DNA from: a virus
Lineage: Duplodnaviria; Heunggongvirae; Uroviricota; Caudoviricetes
IMG/VR virus record: IMGVR_UViG_641522624_000003
Length of the DNA: 43,003 bases
Reading direction: 5' to 3' (one strand)
Shown here: piece after piece, positions 8,783 to 16,687 of the stretch
How positions within the stretch are numbered: the stretch's first letter is position 1
Layout of the letters: the number at the start of each line of letters is the position of its first letter
Notes under the pieces: generated by a model
What the model was told of the DNA's origin: nothing
What the model saw: the letters and a program-made list of their open reading frames with translations, nothing else
The model's database searches: none
Made by a program: the position numbers and the translations under genes

Positions 8783-9236
8783 GCAGCAAATCCGACAGGT
8801 CTGCCGCCAGTGCATGGACCGCTGCCGGGCGGGTGAAACATGGCCTCCGGACCTGGCTGAGTTTGTGGCGCTGATTTCAGAAAGCGGGGCCAATCCATTT
8901 GGCCTGACGGTGGATGCTGTGATGGAGGAGTACCGCCGCTGGCGTGATGAGTCCTGGCGATATGACGGAAGCGACAAATATCCGTGGCCTCAGCCTGTGC
9001 TGTACCACATCTGCCTCGAAATGCGTACCAGAGGGATTGAGCGCCAGATGACGCAGGGTGAGTTAAAACGACTTGCGGAACGGCAACTGACGAAATGGGC
9101 AAAGCATGTTGGTAACGGGATGAGTGTTCCGCCAGTGCGACGACAACTGGAAGGGGCGAAACACCCGCAAGGGCCAACGCCAATTGAACGGCTGAAACAG
9201 GAATACGAACGCCGGAAGGCAGCTGGTTTTATTTGA
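8571..9236 (+). CDS. Replication protein P-like (helicase-loader family, lambda P C-terminal-like)
   Basis: 221-aa ORF with strong SD (AAGGGGG) 5 nt before ATG 8571; C-terminal region (PPDLAEFVAL...YPWPQPVLYHIC...MTQGELKRLAERQL) parallels recalled lambda P motifs; no Walker A motif. Confidence 0.5.
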   Translation: MQQHQVAPHHGQFRKFGQHVSSGNVKTDLSATETVWKLWELMGEVYSNRWTQKNGAAPSKLWIAQIGAMTEQQIRQVCRQCMDRCRAGETWPPDLAEFVALISESGANPFGLTVDAVMEEYRRWRDESWRYDGSDKYPWPQPVLYHICLEMRTRGIERQMTQGELKRLAERQLTKWAKHVGNGMSVPPVRRQLEGAKHPQGPTPIERLKQEYERRKAAGFI

Positions 9237-9269
9237 ATCTGAGAAACGATTTTGTCGGAGGAAATTTTA

Positions 9270-10040
9270 ATGGAAACCGTATTTGACGCACTGAAAGCAA
9301 TGGGAAAAACCACATCGGTAGAACTGGCCGCGCGACTTGATATCAGTCGTGAAGAGGTTCTCAACGAGCTGTGGGAACTCAAAAGAAATGGCGTCGTTGA
9401 TAAAACTGGTCACACCTGGTTTCTGGCTGGCGAAGGTGAATCCCGGGTAACCGAAGAGCGGCCAGTAAAATCTGAAGCACAGGATATGCTGACCGGAGAG
9501 GTCGAACAAAAAGTTACCGCAGACATGATGATTGAGTTTATCGGTCAGGATGGTGCTAAAACGTGTGAGGAACTGGCGGGTAAGTTCGGCGTCAGTACTC
9601 GCAAGGTTGCCTCCACGCTGGCGGTGGTAACCGCAATGGGGCGGCTGGCACGCGTTAATCAGAACGGTAAATTTCGTTACTGCATGCCGGGCGATAATTT
9701 ACCAGCAGAGCCGAAAGCCGCGCTGGTAACGGAAAGTGATGGTAAGGCCTTTCCTCAGCCAGCAGGTGCTGCGTTACCAGTCCGGGAAGCCGCAACACAG
9801 GAAGAAATTAAAACAGAAACTGTGGCGGACATTGTGCAGCCGTTGCCATCGTTTACCGAAACGCAAGCAGATGAGCTGATTTTTCCGTCCCTTCGCAGGG
9901 CAAACCTGGCGCTGCGCAGGGCGAAAAGTGATGTTCAGAGGTGGGAGCGAGTCTGCGCCGCGCTGCGGGAGCTGAACAAGCACCGGGATATTGTTCGACA
10001 GATTACTGATTCTTCCCGCCGTGTTGTATCGGAAAAGTGA
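9270..10040 (+). CDS. Hypothetical phage protein with two winged-helix-like segments
   Basis: Track ORF 9252..10040; ATG 9270 is preceded by a GGAGG SD; two HTH-like stretches ([29 protein letters not shown] and [30 protein letters not shown]). Confidence 0.45.
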   Translation: METVFDALKAMGKTTSVELAARLDISREEVLNELWELKRNGVVDKTGHTWFLAGEGESRVTEERPVKSEAQDMLTGEVEQKVTADMMIEFIGQDGAKTCEELAGKFGVSTRKVASTLAVVTAMGRLARVNQNGKFRYCMPGDNLPAEPKAALVTESDGKAFPQPAGAALPVREAATQEEIKTETVADIVQPLPSFTETQADELIFPSLRRANLALRRAKSDVQRWERVCAALRELNKHRDIVRQITDSSRRVVSEK

Positions 10041-10055
10041 TTGCCGGAGGCGCTT

Positions 10056-10448
10056 ATGGCAAAAGTATTTACACCAGAAGAGCGGGAAGAAGTGAAGGCG
10101 CGCATTGTGGAATTCGTGCGCCTGAGCGGACGAGAAACTTTTCGACAACTGGCAGATAAAACGGGTGTCAGTAAGACCGCTATTCGTCGTTTATCTGGTG
10201 CGCTTGCGGCCAGTGGTGATGTCTGGCTCTCTGGTTGCGGGGTATTTCCATCAGAGCAGGCGTATCGCGTATGGCGTAAGACACCGGAGAAGGCTGCTGA
10301 CCCGACACTGATTCGAAAGTTACCTGACGGAGAAATACGTCGTTACAACAGACGGCAGAACATAATTTGTCGTGAGTGCCGCCAGAGCGAAGTTATGCAG
10401 CGTGTGCTGGCGTTCTATCGGGGAAACTTTCAGGAGGTGATGGAGTGA
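10056..10448 (+). CDS. Hypothetical wHTH-like protein
   Basis: Track ORF 10041..10448; ATG 10056 with GGAGG SD; HTH-like RETFRQLADKTGVSKTAIRRLSGALAASG; CxxC pair near the C-terminus. Confidence 0.4.
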   Translation: MAKVFTPEEREEVKARIVEFVRLSGRETFRQLADKTGVSKTAIRRLSGALAASGDVWLSGCGVFPSEQAYRVWRKTPEKAADPTLIRKLPDGEIRRYNRRQNIICRECRQSEVMQRVLAFYRGNFQEVME

Positions 10449-10741
10449 GGGTCAGAGTTTATATTGCCGGTCCAATGACGGGATATGAAAATTTCAACCG
10501 TGAGGCGTTTCACAAGGCGGAAGAGGAACTGAAACGGGAAGGGCATACCGTCTTAAACCCGGCAGTACTTCCGGACGGGCTGACACAGCCGCACTACATG
10601 GATATTTGCATGGCAATGATTCGTTGTGTGGATGCGATTTACATGCTGAATGGCTGGCAGCGGTCAGCGGGCGCTAAGGCAGAGCTGGCACTGGCGGAGA
10701 AACTGGGGCATGCAGTGATTTATCAGGAGGTGGCTCAATGA
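10445..10741 (+). CDS. DUF4406-like (nucleoside 2-deoxyribosyltransferase-like fold) protein
   Basis: GTG start overlapping the upstream stop (GTGATGGAGTGA) with an AGGAGG SD; product VYIAGPMTGYENF...GW.RS.GA.AE.A.A.K.GH.V matches my recollection of the DUF4406 pattern. Confidence 0.5.
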   Translation: MRVRVYIAGPMTGYENFNREAFHKAEEELKREGHTVLNPAVLPDGLTQPHYMDICMAMIRCVDAIYMLNGWQRSAGAKAELALAEKLGHAVIYQEVAQ

Positions 10742-11199
10742 GAGAGGTTAACTATGAGGCGCTTCGTGAGGCAGCACAAAACTATCAGTCGACGCTGGCG
10801 TGGTATCAGGCTATCCCGGACAGCCCAAATGCTGAACGGGATTGTGATGCGGCTCTTGCTGCGTTTAAGCGTCACATCCGTCATCGGGAAGCGGATATTA
10901 TCGCTGATTTGCTGGATGGACTGGAAGAAGCAAAATCACAACTCAAAGAGCAGCGTGAGTATTACGAAGGCGTTATCTCTGATGGGAGCAAGCGTATTGC
11001 TGAACTGGAAGCGCGGGAAGTTCAATTACCGACTCGCTACGACCTTCGATATGGACACCCGATAAATGCAGATGAGCGACATGTCATGATACCTAAAGAA
11101 AATGGCAGTTGGCTTTACCTGATTGACCTAGAACACGCATTACGCGTCTCTGGCATTCGCATCAAAGGAGAGGAGCATGGAAATAAAACCAGAGGATGA
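10738..11199 (+). CDS. Hypothetical phage protein
   Basis: 153-aa ORF translationally coupled (ATGA overlap) to the upstream gene; no recognisable domain. Confidence 0.4.
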   Translation: MREVNYEALREAAQNYQSTLAWYQAIPDSPNAERDCDAALAAFKRHIRHREADIIADLLDGLEEAKSQLKEQREYYEGVISDGSKRIAELEAREVQLPTRYDLRYGHPINADERHVMIPKENGSWLYLIDLEHALRVSGIRIKGEEHGNKTRG

Positions 11200-11533
11200 G
11201 TTAAGCAATATCGTTTTATTTCCGGTAAAAGAGGATGACCCTCGTAATCAGGTTAATTTTCTTTATGAGCCATCGGAAAGACCATATTGTCATCACGCCT
11301 CTGTCCGGGTTGACGAAAAAGAGCGTCAGGTCCGCTGTAAAATCTGCGGTGCAGTTGTGGAGCCATTTGACTGGATGCTCTCTGTGGCGAAAAGAGAAAC
11401 CAGACTGGCAGATGATGTAAGGCTCTTGCGTCAGGAGGAGCGGGAAAGGCGAAAAAATATAGAAAAGCTAATTCAGATTGAGCGTAACGCGAAAGCGCGG
11501 ATACGCAGGGCGACAAAATCCAGAACTGAATAA
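11177..11533 (+). CDS. Hypothetical protein with CxxC zinc-ribbon-like motif and basic C-terminal tail
   Basis: 118-aa ORF; C..H...CKICGAVVEP then an Arg/Lys-rich helix. Confidence 0.4.
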   Translation: MEIKPEDELSNIVLFPVKEDDPRNQVNFLYEPSERPYCHHASVRVDEKERQVRCKICGAVVEPFDWMLSVAKRETRLADDVRLLRQEERERRKNIEKLIQIERNAKARIRRATKSRTE

Positions 11534-11626
11534 TTAAATTTAGCTCTGTTAAAAATTTAATCCTTAACCGGAGGGATTTCTGCACCCTCAGAACATCAGG
11601 AGGCCGCCCGAAAGGGCGGTAGTTAA

Positions 11627-11809
11627 ATGCGAAAGTTTAAAATAATTATTGAAACGGGAATAGCCGGTGGAGATTTCGAGGATGAATTCGAAGTGGATGA
11701 TGATGCAACACCAGATGAAATACAGGATGAAGCTAAAGATATTTTCTTTAACTACTGCAATTACTCATACCACGAAATAAAAGACGAAGAGGAAGAACAA
11801 AATGGCTGA
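11627..11809 (+). CDS. Small highly acidic protein (60 aa)
   Basis: Track ORF; Asp/Glu-rich (FEDEFEVDDDATPDEIQDEAKD...KDEEEEQNG); preceded by a GAAA-tetraloop hairpin at about 11600-11618. Confidence 0.4.
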   Translation: MRKFKIIIETGIAGGDFEDEFEVDDDATPDEIQDEAKDIFFNYCNYSYHEIKDEEEEQNG

Positions 11810-11978
11810 TTTTGGTTCAACTAAATATAACGCCAGTTTTGAAGAATGGCATGAACTGTTAATGGATTATGCAGAGTTACGCGGTGGAAGTGCCGCTGAT
11901 GCTGAAGCATGGCGTGATGATTATGAAGCAGGGAAAACACCGGTCGAAGCATATTGTGATGAGTGGGGCGATGAATGA
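11802..11978 (+). CDS. Small acidic protein (58 aa)
   Basis: Hand-translated MADFGSTKYNASFEEWHELLMDYAELRGGSAADAEAWRDDYEAGKTPVEAYCDEWGDE; overlaps neighbours by ATGA-type junctions at both ends; below the ORF-track cutoff. Confidence 0.4.
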   Translation: MADFGSTKYNASFEEWHELLMDYAELRGGSAADAEAWRDDYEAGKTPVEAYCDEWGDE

Positions 11979-12490
11979 GCGAGATTAATTATCAGGAAGG
12001 GCATGAAAAGGCAGGGCAGGCAAAACCAGTGGCATGGCGATATCGCTACGTGAAAAAAGGCGTTACGGACTTTCAGGAGAATCTGTGGGTTGGTGACTGG
12101 AAATATGTACCGACAAAAGAGGATTGCAACGACAGGCCGAACTATGAAATTCAGGCCTTATTCGCTGCCCCGCCAGTTCCGGTGACATCAGAAGGACTGG
12201 TTAAAGCCGTGCGCTTTTATGAACAGGTAAAGCGTGAGAATCCACCAGTCGAAACAGGAGTATGGAAAGATGCTGTTGATTGGGTTCTCAAAGAGGCCTG
12301 CTGTGCTGTCATTCTGGGTAAAGCCGACAATCCATTAGCATCCAGTAACCAAGTTGGCGAATTAACAATGTGGGTTAAACGACTGGTCAGTCAACTGAAA
12401 AAAGCTAATCCAGACTGCAAATTACCGGAGAAGGCGATGGACTACCTGAAGCGGAACGAACTGATAAGCGCGGAGGATGTTTTGCGATGA
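11975..12490 (+). CDS. Hypothetical phage protein
   Basis: 171-aa track ORF, coupled to upstream and downstream ORFs. Confidence 0.4.
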   Translation: MSEINYQEGHEKAGQAKPVAWRYRYVKKGVTDFQENLWVGDWKYVPTKEDCNDRPNYEIQALFAAPPVPVTSEGLVKAVRFYEQVKRENPPVETGVWKDAVDWVLKEACCAVILGKADNPLASSNQVGELTMWVKRLVSQLKKANPDCKLPEKAMDYLKRNELISAEDVLR

Positions 12491-12570
12491 CCTGGCCTGA
12501 AGCATTCACAACGGTAGGAATTGCAATAGCGGTGGCGCTGGTGGTGTATTCGATTTGCCACTGGATGTGA
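12487..12570 (+). CDS. Small hydrophobic peptide (27 aa, single predicted TM helix)
   Basis: ATGA overlap with the stop of the upstream ORF; MTWPEAFTTVGIAIAVALVVYSICHWM. Confidence 0.3.
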   Translation: MTWPEAFTTVGIAIAVALVVYSICHWM

Positions 12571-12732
12571 GGTATTAAAAAAACGCCCCGCACACAGACG
12601 TTGAGCGCCTGAGATGTGGGGATAGGGAGTTAGTTAAATAGTTATACAACAATACCTGATTTTATATTGAAGCAAGAAATAGGTTGCTACATATTGAACC
12701 ATGCGCATGTACGTCAAATATGGGAGGTCATC

Positions 12733-12822
12733 GTGCTGGTTCTGAAATGTGCGCTGGCTATTGCGGCAGTAATGGCAATTTATTGTCTTGTTATCGTTCT
12801 TATGAATCACCTCTCTGATTGA
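12733..12822 (+). CDS. Small hydrophobic peptide (29 aa), toxin-like, with overlapping 14-codon leader ORF
   Basis: GTG start 5 nt after GGGAGG; product (M)LVLKCALAIAAVMAIYCLVIVLMNHLSD; upstream ORF MRMYVKYGRSSCWF (12701-12745) overlaps the start; AT-rich promoter-like region upstream. Confidence 0.3.
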   Translation: MLVLKCALAIAAVMAIYCLVIVLMNHLSD

Positions 12823-13033
12823 TTTTATATTGGCGAGGTGACGTGAGTTAAGTAGAATTGCTGCGGGTGCTTGAGGCTATCTGCCTCGGGCATGAACACC
12901 AACGGCAGATAGAGAAAAGCCCCAGTTAACATTACGCGTCCTGCAAGACGTTTAACATTAATCTGAGGCCCAATCTATGCTTCACAAACGTAGGTTAGCC
13001 TCTTACGTGCCGAAAGGCAAGGAGAAGCAGGCT

Positions 13034-13189
13034 ATGAAGCAGCAAAAGGCGATGTTAATCGCCCTGATCGTCATCTGTTTAACCGTCATAGTGACGGCAC
13101 TGGTAACGAGGAAAGACCTCTGCGAGGTACGAATCCGAACCGGCCAGACGGAGGTCGCTGTCTTCACAGCTTACGAACCTGAGGAGTAA
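13034..13189 (+). CDS. hok: Hok/Gef-family type I toxin (51 aa)
   Basis: Product MKQQKAMLIALIVICLTVIVTALVTRKDLCEVRIRTGQTEVAVFTAYEPEE carries the Hok/Gef signature (TM helix, conserved C, EVAAF-like motif), recalled as HokD/RelF-like; an in-frame upstream ATG at 12977 gives the 70-aa track ORF. Confidence 0.8.
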   Translation: MKQQKAMLIALIVICLTVIVTALVTRKDLCEVRIRTGQTEVAVFTAYEPEE

Positions 13190-13257
13190 GAGACCAGGCG
13201 GGGGAGAAATCCCTCGCCACCTCTGATGTGTCAGGCATCCTCAACGCACCCGCACTT

Positions 13258-13284
13258 AACCCGCTTCGGCGGGTTTTTGTTTTT
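13258..13284 (+). terminator. Rho-independent terminator after hok
   Basis: Hairpin CCCGC-TTCG-GCGGG followed by TTTTTGTTTTT. Confidence 0.55.
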
Positions 13285-13409
13285 ATTTTCAACGCGTTTG
13301 AAGTTTTAGATTGTGCCGGAATAGAATCAAAAATACTTAAGTAGCGCGCAGGGAGAAGAGGGATGGACCCCGAACAGGGGAGTGCTATTTATCTGGAAGG
13401 ATTCTGTTG

Positions 13410-13670
13410 ATGAAAATCGAAGAATTACGTGAAATTTTTAGTGAAGATGGCCTCTATACTGTGCGCGTTGAGAATGGCGCTATTGTCAGCCACTGCCGTA
13501 TTAAATGTTTACAGTCTCAACAAAGGAAGAGTGGAGCTGCGTTAATTCATTTTGTGGATGGGCTTGTGACGGATGGTTTTATTTTGCGTGCAAATGAATT
13601 TGTCACATCGTTGCCGTCTCTGAAAGAAGCTGGGATTAAGGCTGGTTTTTCTGCTTTTGAAGATGAGTGA
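13410..13670 (+). CDS. Hypothetical phage protein
   Basis: Track ORF 13407..13670; no recognisable domain. Confidence 0.4.
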   Translation: MKIEELREIFSEDGLYTVRVENGAIVSHCRIKCLQSQQRKSGAALIHFVDGLVTDGFILRANEFVTSLPSLKEAGIKAGFSAFEDE

Positions 13671-13736
13671 ATTCATCTACAATTCAGCGCAGGGCTGAAC
13701 CCCTGTTGAGTAACACTGTGCCACCGGAGAAAGCCG

Positions 13737-14015
13737 ATGGCGCAAAATTCCAGACTACACAATTCTGATAATTCAGCCGTCTTTGCCAGCAGGCACGGGC
13801 GGCGTTCTCATGCATTCAAATCTGACTGGTTCCAGCACGCCCCATGCACTGAAGAACAGGCCGAATGGCTGATTCAGAACTACCGCAGACGTGGGTATGA
13901 GTTTAGGAAAGCCCTCAGCCTCGATTATCGTCACTGGATAATCTCCGTCAGGCTTCCTTACTCTGAACGCCCACCGCGTCCGTCCCGCACATTCCAGCAA
14001 CGCATCTGGAGGTAA
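13737..14015 (+). CDS. Hypothetical phage protein
   Basis: 92-aa track ORF immediately upstream of the DUF968 gene. Confidence 0.4.
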   Translation: MAQNSRLHNSDNSAVFASRHGRRSHAFKSDWFQHAPCTEEQAEWLIQNYRRRGYEFRKALSLDYRHWIISVRLPYSERPPRPSRTFQQRIWR

Positions 14016-14016
14016 C

Positions 14017-15072
14017 GTGCGGGTATTACTTCGACCTGTTCTGGTACCGGAACTCGGGCTGGTGATCGTTAAGCCGGGCCGTGAATCCATGCCGGTATTC
14101 CACAATACCCGGGTACTGGTGGAGCCGGAACCGAAAAGCATGCGCGGTCTGCCGTCCGGAGTCGTCCCTGCCGTTCGCCAGCCGCTGGCGGAGGATAAAT
14201 CATTACTGCCATTTTTCAGCGATGAGCGGGTGATTCGTGCTGCTGGCGGCGCTGGGGCACTGTCTGACTGGCTGTTGCGTCATGTCAAATCCTGCCAGTG
14301 GCCTCATGGTGACTATCATCACAGTGAAATCGTCATACATCGTTACGGTACCGGCGCGATGGTGTTGTGCTGGCACTGCGACAACCAGTTGCGTGACCAG
14401 ACATCCGAATCACTCGGGCAACTTGCTCATCAAAACCTGTCAGCATGGATGATTGACGTCATACGCCATGCAATGAATGGCACGCAGGAGCGGGAATTGT
14501 CGCTGGCTGAATTATCCTGGTGGGCGGTCTGCAATCAGGTGGCGGACGCGCTTCCGGAGGCAGTATTACGTCGTTCTCTGGGGTTACGTGCGGAAAAAAT
14601 CCGCTCCTTGTACCGCGAAAGCGACATCGTACCGGGAGAGCAGACCGCCACCAGCATACTGAAGCAGCGCACAAAAAATCTTGCGCCGTTGCCTCATGCC
14701 CACCAGCAAAACCCGCCACAGGAAAAGACGGTGGTCAGCATTGCCGTTGATCCGGAGTCACCGGCTCAGTATCTCCAGCGCCAGAAACCACAACGGGAAG
14801 AGATGCCTGTATACACGCGTTGGGTAAAAACGCAGAAATGCATGACGTGCGGTAATCAGGCAGATGATCCGCATCACATCATTGGTCATGGACTGGGAGG
14901 GATGGGAACAAAGGCTGATGATTTGTTTGTTATTCCGCTGTGCCGTAAATGTCATAACGAACTGCACGCCGGGGTAAAAGATTTTGAAGAAAAACACGGC
15001 AGCCAGCTGTTGTTGCTGATTCGTTTTTTAATGCACGCGAGAAATTCGGGTGTCCTGAAGTGGAAAGCATGA
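14017..15072 (+). CDS. DUF968-family protein (YdfU-like) with C-terminal HNH-like zinc-finger motif
   Basis: 351-aa ORF; C-terminal CMTCGNQADDPHHIIGHGLGG...LCRKCHNELH; recalled as YdfU-like by size and position upstream of rusA and Q. Confidence 0.55.
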   Translation: MRVLLRPVLVPELGLVIVKPGRESMPVFHNTRVLVEPEPKSMRGLPSGVVPAVRQPLAEDKSLLPFFSDERVIRAAGGAGALSDWLLRHVKSCQWPHGDYHHSEIVIHRYGTGAMVLCWHCDNQLRDQTSESLGQLAHQNLSAWMIDVIRHAMNGTQERELSLAELSWWAVCNQVADALPEAVLRRSLGLRAEKIRSLYRESDIVPGEQTATSILKQRTKNLAPLPHAHQQNPPQEKTVVSIAVDPESPAQYLQRQKPQREEMPVYTRWVKTQKCMTCGNQADDPHHIIGHGLGGMGTKADDLFVIPLCRKCHNELHAGVKDFEEKHGSQLLLLIRFLMHARNSGVLKWKA

Positions 15073-15438
15073 ATGACTGAACGCATAGAATTTGTTTTGC
15101 CTTACCCGCCGACGGTGAATACCTACTGGCGACGTCATGGCAATACGTATTTCATCTCGGAAGCCGGAAAGCGTTATCGCCGTGATGTGGCGCTAATTGT
15201 TCGCCAGCAGCGGCTGAAATTAAGCCTGTCCGGAAGGCTGGCGATAAAGATTATTGCAGAGCCACCGGATAAGCGCCGCCGCGACCTGGACAATATCCTG
15301 AAGGCACCACTGGATGCGCTGACGCATGCCGGACTACTTATAGACGACGAGCAGTTTGATGAAATCAATATTGTGCGCGGTCAGCTCGTTCCTGGTGGGC
15401 GGCTGGGGATAAAAATCACAGAACTGGAGTGCGCATGA
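15073..15438 (+). CDS. rusA: Holliday-junction resolvase RusA
   Basis: 121-aa ORF with the RusA-family pattern (LPYPPTVNTYWR...DKRRRDLDNILKAPLDALTHAGL..DDEQ). Confidence 0.8.
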   Translation: MTERIEFVLPYPPTVNTYWRRHGNTYFISEAGKRYRRDVALIVRQQRLKLSLSGRLAIKIIAEPPDKRRRDLDNILKAPLDALTHAGLLIDDEQFDEINIVRGQLVPGGRLGIKITELECA

Positions 15439-16124
15439 ATAACCAGTATTTACAGTTTGTGCGTGAGCAGCTCATTATCGCCACCGCTGATTTGAGTGGG
15501 GCAACAAAAGGTCAGCTTGAAGCCTGGCAAGAGAATGCCATGTTCGATACAGGGCGTTACAGGCGAAAAAAAATCCGGTACCGCGATGAAGTGACTGGAA
15601 AAATGATAACGCGGGATAATCCACCAATCCCGGGAAAGCAATCGCTGGCGAAGGGGACGTCAATTCCTCTGGTCAGTCCGGTTGAGTTTTCGACATCATC
15701 GTGGCGGCGGGCTGTTCTGTCTCTTGAAGAACATCATAAAGCCTGGTTGTTGTGGTGTTACAGCGGGAGTATTTGTTGGGAATATCAGATCGCGATAACA
15801 CAGTGGGCGTGGAATGAATTTAATACTCAATCCGGTACCAGAAAAATTGCAGGGAAAACGCAGGAACGCCTGAAAAAATTAATCTGGCTGGCGGCGCAGG
15901 CAGTAAAAGCAGAACTTTTTGGTGGGGAAGGTTATGAATACCAGGAGCTGGCATTACTGGCGGGAGTGACAACTAAAAACTGGTCCAAAACATTTACTCG
16001 TCACTGGGTTGCAATGAAACACATTTTTCACCGACTTGATAGTGAGGCTTTATTGTTTGTAATGAGAACACGTTCAAAACAAAAGGCGGCATTTTCAAAG
16101 CAAAGTATTGCAAAAGTAGATTGA
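15429..16124 (+). CDS. Late-gene antiterminator Q-like protein
   Basis: 231-aa ORF immediately upstream of a consensus-like promoter, a short terminator and the lysis cassette; position and size typical of lambdoid Q. Confidence 0.6.
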   Translation: MRMNNQYLQFVREQLIIATADLSGATKGQLEAWQENAMFDTGRYRRKKIRYRDEVTGKMITRDNPPIPGKQSLAKGTSIPLVSPVEFSTSSWRRAVLSLEEHHKAWLLWCYSGSICWEYQIAITQWAWNEFNTQSGTRKIAGKTQERLKKLIWLAAQAVKAELFGGEGYEYQELALLAGVTTKNWSKTFTRHWVAMKHIFHRLDSEALLFVMRTRSKQKAAFSKQSIAKVD

Positions 16125-16136
16125 AAGGCATATATT
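16108..16136 (+). promoter_or_regulatory. PR'-like late promoter (-35 TTGCAA, 17-bp spacer, -10 TATATT)
   Basis: Hexamers at 16108-16113 and 16131-16136, overlapping the 3' end of the Q gene. Confidence 0.5.
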
Positions 16137-16187
16137 TCATGCAAATCTGATATTTTGCCGATTTTGTACGTGATGGCAAAAGCAAAC

Positions 16188-16214
16188 AAAACCCGCCCAC
16201 AAGCGGGTTTTTTG
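16188..16214 (+). terminator. tR'-like terminator downstream of the late promoter
   Basis: Hairpin ACCCGC-CCACAA-GCGGGT followed by TTTTTTG, about 50 nt downstream of the predicted start. Confidence 0.5.
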
Positions 16215-16280
16215 TGCCACTTATCTCGGATAGACATGGTGAATGCGCTAGTGGAGGAGATAAGGGTGATTTTTGAATGC

Positions 16281-16309
16281 TTGCAACATTGATTTCGTAA
16301 CGTTATTAT
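16281..16309 (+). promoter_or_regulatory. Sigma70-like promoter upstream of the tRNA array (-35 TTGCAA, 17-bp spacer, -10 TATTAT)
   Basis: Hexamers at 16281-16286 and 16304-16309; tRNA 1 begins about 10 nt downstream. Confidence 0.5.
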
Positions 16310-16318
16310 CCTGCGCCC

Positions 16319-16394
16319 GGCCCTTTAGCTCAGTGGTGAGAGCGAGCGACTCATAATCGCCAGGTCGCTGGTTCAAATCCAGCAAGGGCCACCA
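16319..16394 (+). tRNA. tRNA with anticodon CAU (Met or lysidine-dependent Ile2)
   Basis: 76-nt cloverleaf: acceptor GGCCCTT/AAGGGCC, D stem GCTC/GAGC, anticodon loop CTCATAA, T-loop GCTGG-TTCAAAT-CCAGC, 3' ACCA. Confidence 0.7.
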
Positions 16395-16395
16395 G

Positions 16396-16472
16396 CCGCC
16401 ACTAGCTCATCAGGAAAGAGCGTCAACCCTTTAAGTTGAGTGTGCGAGGTTCGAGTCCCCGGTGGCGGTCCA
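16396..16472 (+). tRNA. tRNA with atypical anticodon loop CCTTTAA (C at position 33); nominal anticodon UUU, Arg(UCU)-like backbone; isotype uncertain
   Basis: 77-nt cloverleaf: acceptor CCGCCAC/GTGGCGG, D stem GCTC/GAGC, anticodon stem TCAAC/GTTGA, T-loop CGAGG-TTCGAGT-CCCCG, 3' TCCA. Confidence 0.5.
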
Positions 16473-16474
16473 GT

Positions 16475-16550
<76 letters not shown>

Positions 16551-16553
16551 TAT

Positions 16554-16628
<75 letters not shown>

Positions 16629-16634
16629 GTTAGA

Positions 16635-16680
16635 GTCTTTCAGTCTGCGATGATGGGAAATCCCGGAGTGACTGAAAGAC
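16635..16680. repeat. Perfect 11-bp inverted repeat (GTCTTTCAGTC / GACTGAAAGAC) with 24-nt loop
   Basis: Read directly, immediately 3' of the tRNA array. Confidence 0.5.
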
Positions 16681-16687
16681 GTTTAAG

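Noticed and set aside
8692-9382. Minus-strand ORFs (8692..9183, 8705..8977, 8990..9382) in the replication region
   Set aside because: All antisense to the P-like gene, with Ser/Arg/Pro-rich low-complexity products.
12977-13033. Separate overlapping mok reading frame upstream of hok
   Set aside because: The upstream ATG at 12977 is in the same frame as hok (single 70-aa ORF), not a distinct overlapping frame; listed only as an alternative start.
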